From: Anthoceros angustus
Taxonomy: Eukaryota > Plantae > Anthocerotophyta
Assembly (NCBI GenBank): GCA_010909165.1
Contig: MU008161.1
Location: 1,116,001 to 1,180,000 of the forward strand
Reading direction: 5' to 3'
Length of the DNA stretch: 64,000 nt
Position numbers and translations under genes: made by a program. The notes beneath the pieces were generated by a model, which saw only the letters and a program-made list of their open reading frames with translations, had not been told where the DNA came from and searched no databases. Numbering within the stretch: position 1 is the stretch's first letter; every line of letters starts with the position of its first letter. This document shows positions 59,730 through 64,000 of this stretch, piece after piece.

Positions 59730-62050
59730 CCTCATTCTCGGCGCCCTACCTCGACTTGGCTGCCTCGCCCTCGTCCTCCATTGCTGCCGCCACGAGCTCT
59801 CCACGCACTGGTGGACAGGTTCTCCCACACTACTTCCACCTCACTGTCACTGCTGGACGTCTGAATTTGAGGTGTACCCTGCCCTGGGGCTTCCGCATCT
59901 TCCGCTGGCCGCCTATTGCTGAGGATTATTACTGGCTCCTCGTCCACCCAAGCCTGGACCTCCTCCTCGCTCAACTCCTCCAAAGTCGCCTCCGCATAAT
60001 AGGGAGCCAACCCCCACACCCGGGCGCAGTGGTAGAAGTATGCACTTCGGGTCCTCACTTGCAGTAGGTAGGCCCTGATCCCTCCTATTTCCACCACATG
60101 GGCAGGTTAAGGTTACACGCTTCTCCATTCACATATAGACCAGCACATAAGTTTCCTCATCCATGTGCCGTATAATAGGACCCCTGCTGCTGAGGTGCTT
60201 ACCCTCCTCCCGTAGGCTACACCGGTTGCTCGCCTATGTCCTCGCGAGGCGCCACGTCGCATCCGCCCCGCCCGCCTGCGGTTGGTTGCGCCAATGTCGC
60301 TGACCATAGTGGACTCCACGACGTTGCTCGCTCGAACTGTAGGTGAGGTTTCGGCTACCTCGGTTCGCTTCCTTCCGCTCGGTAGGCCTTCCGCTACTCC
60401 GTGGTCCTGCACCCCGCTTCCTTCCTTTGTCTTTTCTCGCCCGCCACGTGCCTCATCCGCCCGCTTATATCGCTCCGCTAGCTTATGGGCCTTTTCCACC
60501 GAGGCCGCTTCGCCTGGCTCGCAACAACTCCCTGCATCTCTGGTTCGTCTCGTGGGCATCCTTAATTTGAGCCATGAGTGCTTCCTGCTCGTCATGGCTT
60601 GCAACTTCTCACAGGCCTGCACAAATCTTCTTGAATCTTGGCCCTTATTTCCTAGGTTCCGCTTGTCTTCCTCCGCTTGCTTGCGCTTGGCCTCCTCTTC
60701 TCAAACTGGCCTTCACCACTTCCTCCCGCCTCGCACCGAGCGTGAGAGCTAAAGCCGCTTGATCCAACAAATGCTTGGGCCCGGATCATCGGCGTGGTCA
60801 CCCCGCAAGTCCACTTGTTGTGGCGGCCCCGCCGACGCCATCCCTCTCGAGAACTTTCCTCCCGAAGGTGCGCACCCTCACCAATTGGTTGCATCCACCG
60901 CTTGCTGGAGTCCCTTGAAAATCTCTTCCCATGCCGAGGAGGGTCCGCCGAGGTCACCCTAAACCCTCCGGAGTTGATTCATCATCCGCATCCAGTCGCA
61001 AAATTGTCCTCGGATCGCGCCTCCTCTCCACCTCCAAGCCGCTTTGGCTTTCATTTTCAGCGGCGCCTGCTGACCGGTGACGCGCATCCGCCTTCACCTT
61101 TTCACGATGCCCGCCTTTCACCCCGGCCTCCTTTTCTGGTGGAATTTCCTTCTCCTCCTCAGCGCCACCGACTCCCCCTATCCGATTTTTCCTCCTTGGG
61201 CTCCTCCGCCCATTTCACCTCCCTAACCGGCTTCCACATGTGGAGGAGGCTACAATCTCCACCTCCGCGCAGTAGCGTAAACATAAAGATGGACGAAATG
61301 GTGAGATTAGAGAGGCCGAGGAGAAATCAAGTTCAACCTCTCTTCACACAACTTGTCAAGAGAATTCGCCCAATCGATCTTCGCCTTGACCACTTCATGA
61401 AGGAAGCAGAAGTGGTCGACAAATAATCCCGCTTCTTGTCTGCGAAACATAGGAGCCACTGGCGGACCCATCAAGCTACTTAAATCCCTCGTCAACCAGT
61501 TGGGTTGCGACCACGCCCGCTTTAACTGTGCCGCTGCCGTGCTTCTTTTCTGACGGCTCCATCACCAACCGCCCGCCTCCTCCTCGCCCATACACCCTTC
61601 TAACCACTCCAGGTCCCAATCCTGCGGCTCTAAATCCCCTTTGGTGTTGTCCGTGTGACGCGCACACTCGCACACCCCAGTTCATGTAATTCCACCGCTC
61701 TTCCATGAAACCCGCTTGGCTCTCACCAGCTCCTCGAACTTTCCAATGATCCATGTTCGGCCATTGGGCACAATTTCGGTGGTGACCTTGGGCGCCATCC
61801 CTCTCACGGTCCCGGTCTCGCGCCAAACCAACGCCACCTCGAATTTCACGGGGTCGTCGTGGTTCCTACCTCCTCGGCAAGGAGCGCACTGTCTGCCGCG
61901 CCTTCCTCCTCCCTGGGCGCCTGGCATGAGCTCCTTCCTTCGCTGCGCCGCGCCCCGCTGATCGCGGCCCCCTGACCTCGACGGCCTTGCCGCTCGCTCC
62001 GGCTCCGGCGGCTCCGTTGTTTGAACGGATTGATTCCTAGGGTTAAGTTT
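59730..62050 (-). pseudogene. Degenerate extra ORF 3' of the Ty3/gypsy integrase, same orientation
   Basis: Protein-like fragments (WPNMDHWKVRG..EERWNYMNW, FCFLHEVVKAKIDWANSLDKL, coiled-coil EEEAKRKQAEEDKR, GIRAYLLQVRTRSAYFY..EELSEEEVQAW) begin about 350 bp after the integrase end. Confidence 0.5.
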
Positions 62051-62429
62051 CCCGGGTTCCCCTACTCTGCTCGACCTCACGACGCTTTCCCACATCCCAA
62101 TCCACAACCCCACACTCATTCACTACGCTTGTCGACCCCAACTTATAGACCTATCACACTCTAATTATTCCAAACCCCCTATCTCACATATATAGACTTT
62201 TTAGGGAACATTCCGAGTCCATGGGCCAAGGAACACCAAATTCCGGACCATTTATTTTCTAACCTAAAATCAAAACAAAAAAACTCCATAGGCCAAGGAC
62301 ATTTCTTCTATAAATATCCCCTACTACCAACCCGACTTATTTTCACACCACTCCAAAAAACAAAAAACACTTGCACAGGGGTTTCCAGAGACTAGATCTT
62401 ACATACTCCCTTCTCATTTGTTGGCGCCC

Positions 62430-64000
62430 AACTTATATAATACTTCTTGACCCTCCACCCATTGACTCGGGTTAGTGGAGGCCACACCTAGTTCTTGCAC
62501 TGATCCATTTGAAGACTTGAGAACCCTATATGGCCCCATCCATCGAAGGTGGAGCTTGCGGAAAGTGCATGTACCTATTGTCTGAGGCCAAGTCACCGAA
62601 CTACCCACTCTTCCGCAACCGATTGTCATGCCATATTTTCCGTCACCGAATATCTCGCATGACGCTCAACGCCTGCTCCCTATCCTCATGTTTAGCGACC
62701 GGCCCCAGTGACTTTCCTCTCCGCCATGCGGTTAGTTTCCGGATACGCAGGTGGGAATTTCAAACTCAATTAGGAGAATGGCCGTAGGTGAGGTAGTACG
62801 GTGTTTGTTGCGTTGTTATTTTCTCGCGATCTGTATGCCCGAGCGGAGTGAAGCTTAAGATCCCAATCGTACGCATATTCCACCGTTAGTTTGTTGAGGA
62901 TCCTGCACAGGAGCCCATTCGCCTTTTCCGTTAATCCATTTGCCTTGGGATTATAAGGAGTCGTTTTCCTGTGGCGAACGTTGAAGTAGATCGTCATATG
63001 AGATATAACCGTTGAAAAATGTGACCCTCCGTCACGACAAGCTCCAAGGGCCATATCGAGTGATAATGTTCATAGAGGAACCGCCACTACATGAGTGTCT
63101 ACAGTGCTTGGGCTTCCACCATACGCGCAATAGTGCGGGCCACGAGGATGTATTGGTTTTGTCGCGTCCTCGTTTTGTATGGGACCAACAAAGTCTATTC
63201 CCCATTTCTCGAATGGCGGGCCAATATCGGAACCATTGGCCATTGAGTAGTGGGTTTCCCAACCCTCGGCAGCATCGCAGCGTTTAACAAACTCCTAGCA
63301 TCACGATGCATGGTTTGCCACCAATACCCGTTTCAAGCACCTTCTTGCACGTGATATGTGCGCAAAATGTCCTCCCTCGTATCTCTCTCACAAGACTTTC
63401 GGATAACTGCTCCTTGTTACCCATAACGCCCCGCATCCGGTCCGATTGTATGATTGTCTTTGCGTCGTACAAGCGGACGCGAATAGTGCTAAACGCGGCG
63501 GGGTTTGAAAGATCCGGTGGTATTTTCCCGTGAATTCCATCATCTCCTCGTGAGTGGGCCTTGTGTATCCGTTCTCCCCTTCTCATTTCTGCCGAGCCAC
63601 CATTTACCCTCGCCTTATGGTTCTTGCCCCTCTAACTCGTGATGAGCTTCATCGGAAAATCGTCGTTTTGGTCTGTGTAACCTCCTCTGTTTCAGCCTCG
63701 AAATGTAATCTGCATTCACATGTTTACTCCTCCTCTGGTCTCCACCGTGAACGTGAATTCTGGGGGAGTAGGATCCATCTTGCTGCCCGACAAGTCGGTT
63801 TGTTTACCGGTGTTTGAGGCGAAGTGGTCCACATGGAAGACGAACTCAGGATAGCAAATAGTGAAACTTGCGAACCGAGTACACCATCCCTAGCGCCTCT
63901 CGGTGGTGGTATACTTCTTCTGCGTCGAGGCCTCATGCATAATAGATTGGATAATCGTGCTTCTTGTCATCCCTTTGGCTTAGAATGGTACCGATTGCAT
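62430..64000 (-). mobile_element. Ty3/gypsy pol remnant (integrase and upstream region), non-chromovirus (Tat/Athila-like) type; continues beyond the window
   Basis: GGHFAHIT.KKVL..G.WW, FEKWGIDFVGPI, IITRYGP, FNVRHRKTTPYNPKANGLTEKAN, DWDLKLHS and LHLRWMGPYRV, with frameshifts. Confidence 0.9.

Noticed and set aside
1-64000. Conserved plant miRNAs, snRNAs and rRNA
   Set aside because: No matches to remembered miR156/160/166/171/319/390/408/529/535/536, U1/U2/U6 or rRNA sequences were seen by eye; an Rfam/Infernal scan would be needed to exclude others.

Overview
Eukaryotic nuclear DNA from a streptophyte plant. Short GT-AG introns, GC-rich exons, a plant-type tRNA-Asp and TTTAGGG motifs point to a compact non-flowering genome (bryophyte, lycophyte or streptophyte alga); the species cannot be fixed from the sequence. 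Bases 1-46.5 kb are gene-rich, with nine protein genes rebuilt exon by exon: spinster-like MFS transporter (5' partial), class II BBR/BPC GAGA factor, complex I 75-kDa subunit, Mit_KHE1-family protein (GC-AG first intron), SEC14/CRAL-TRIO protein, GASA/Snakin peptide (12-nt micro-exon), SHOU4-like membrane protein, VPS28 and ARC6. There is also a tRNA-Asp(GUC). A truncated Ty1/copia element and two CRE-like (restriction-like endonuclease) non-LTR retrotransposon fragments lie between genes. Bases 46.6-64 kb are decayed transposons: Ty3/gypsy integrase with long 3' extra ORFs, a third CRE-like fragment with an internal inversion, a stand-alone chromodomain pseudo-ORF and a phased telomere-repeat array. 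The most striking structure is inside ARC6: a 2.6-kb insertion flanked by near-identical 1.13-kb direct repeats that duplicate two complete phase-0 exons and part of a third. All homology calls rest on motif recognition from memory, not database searches.
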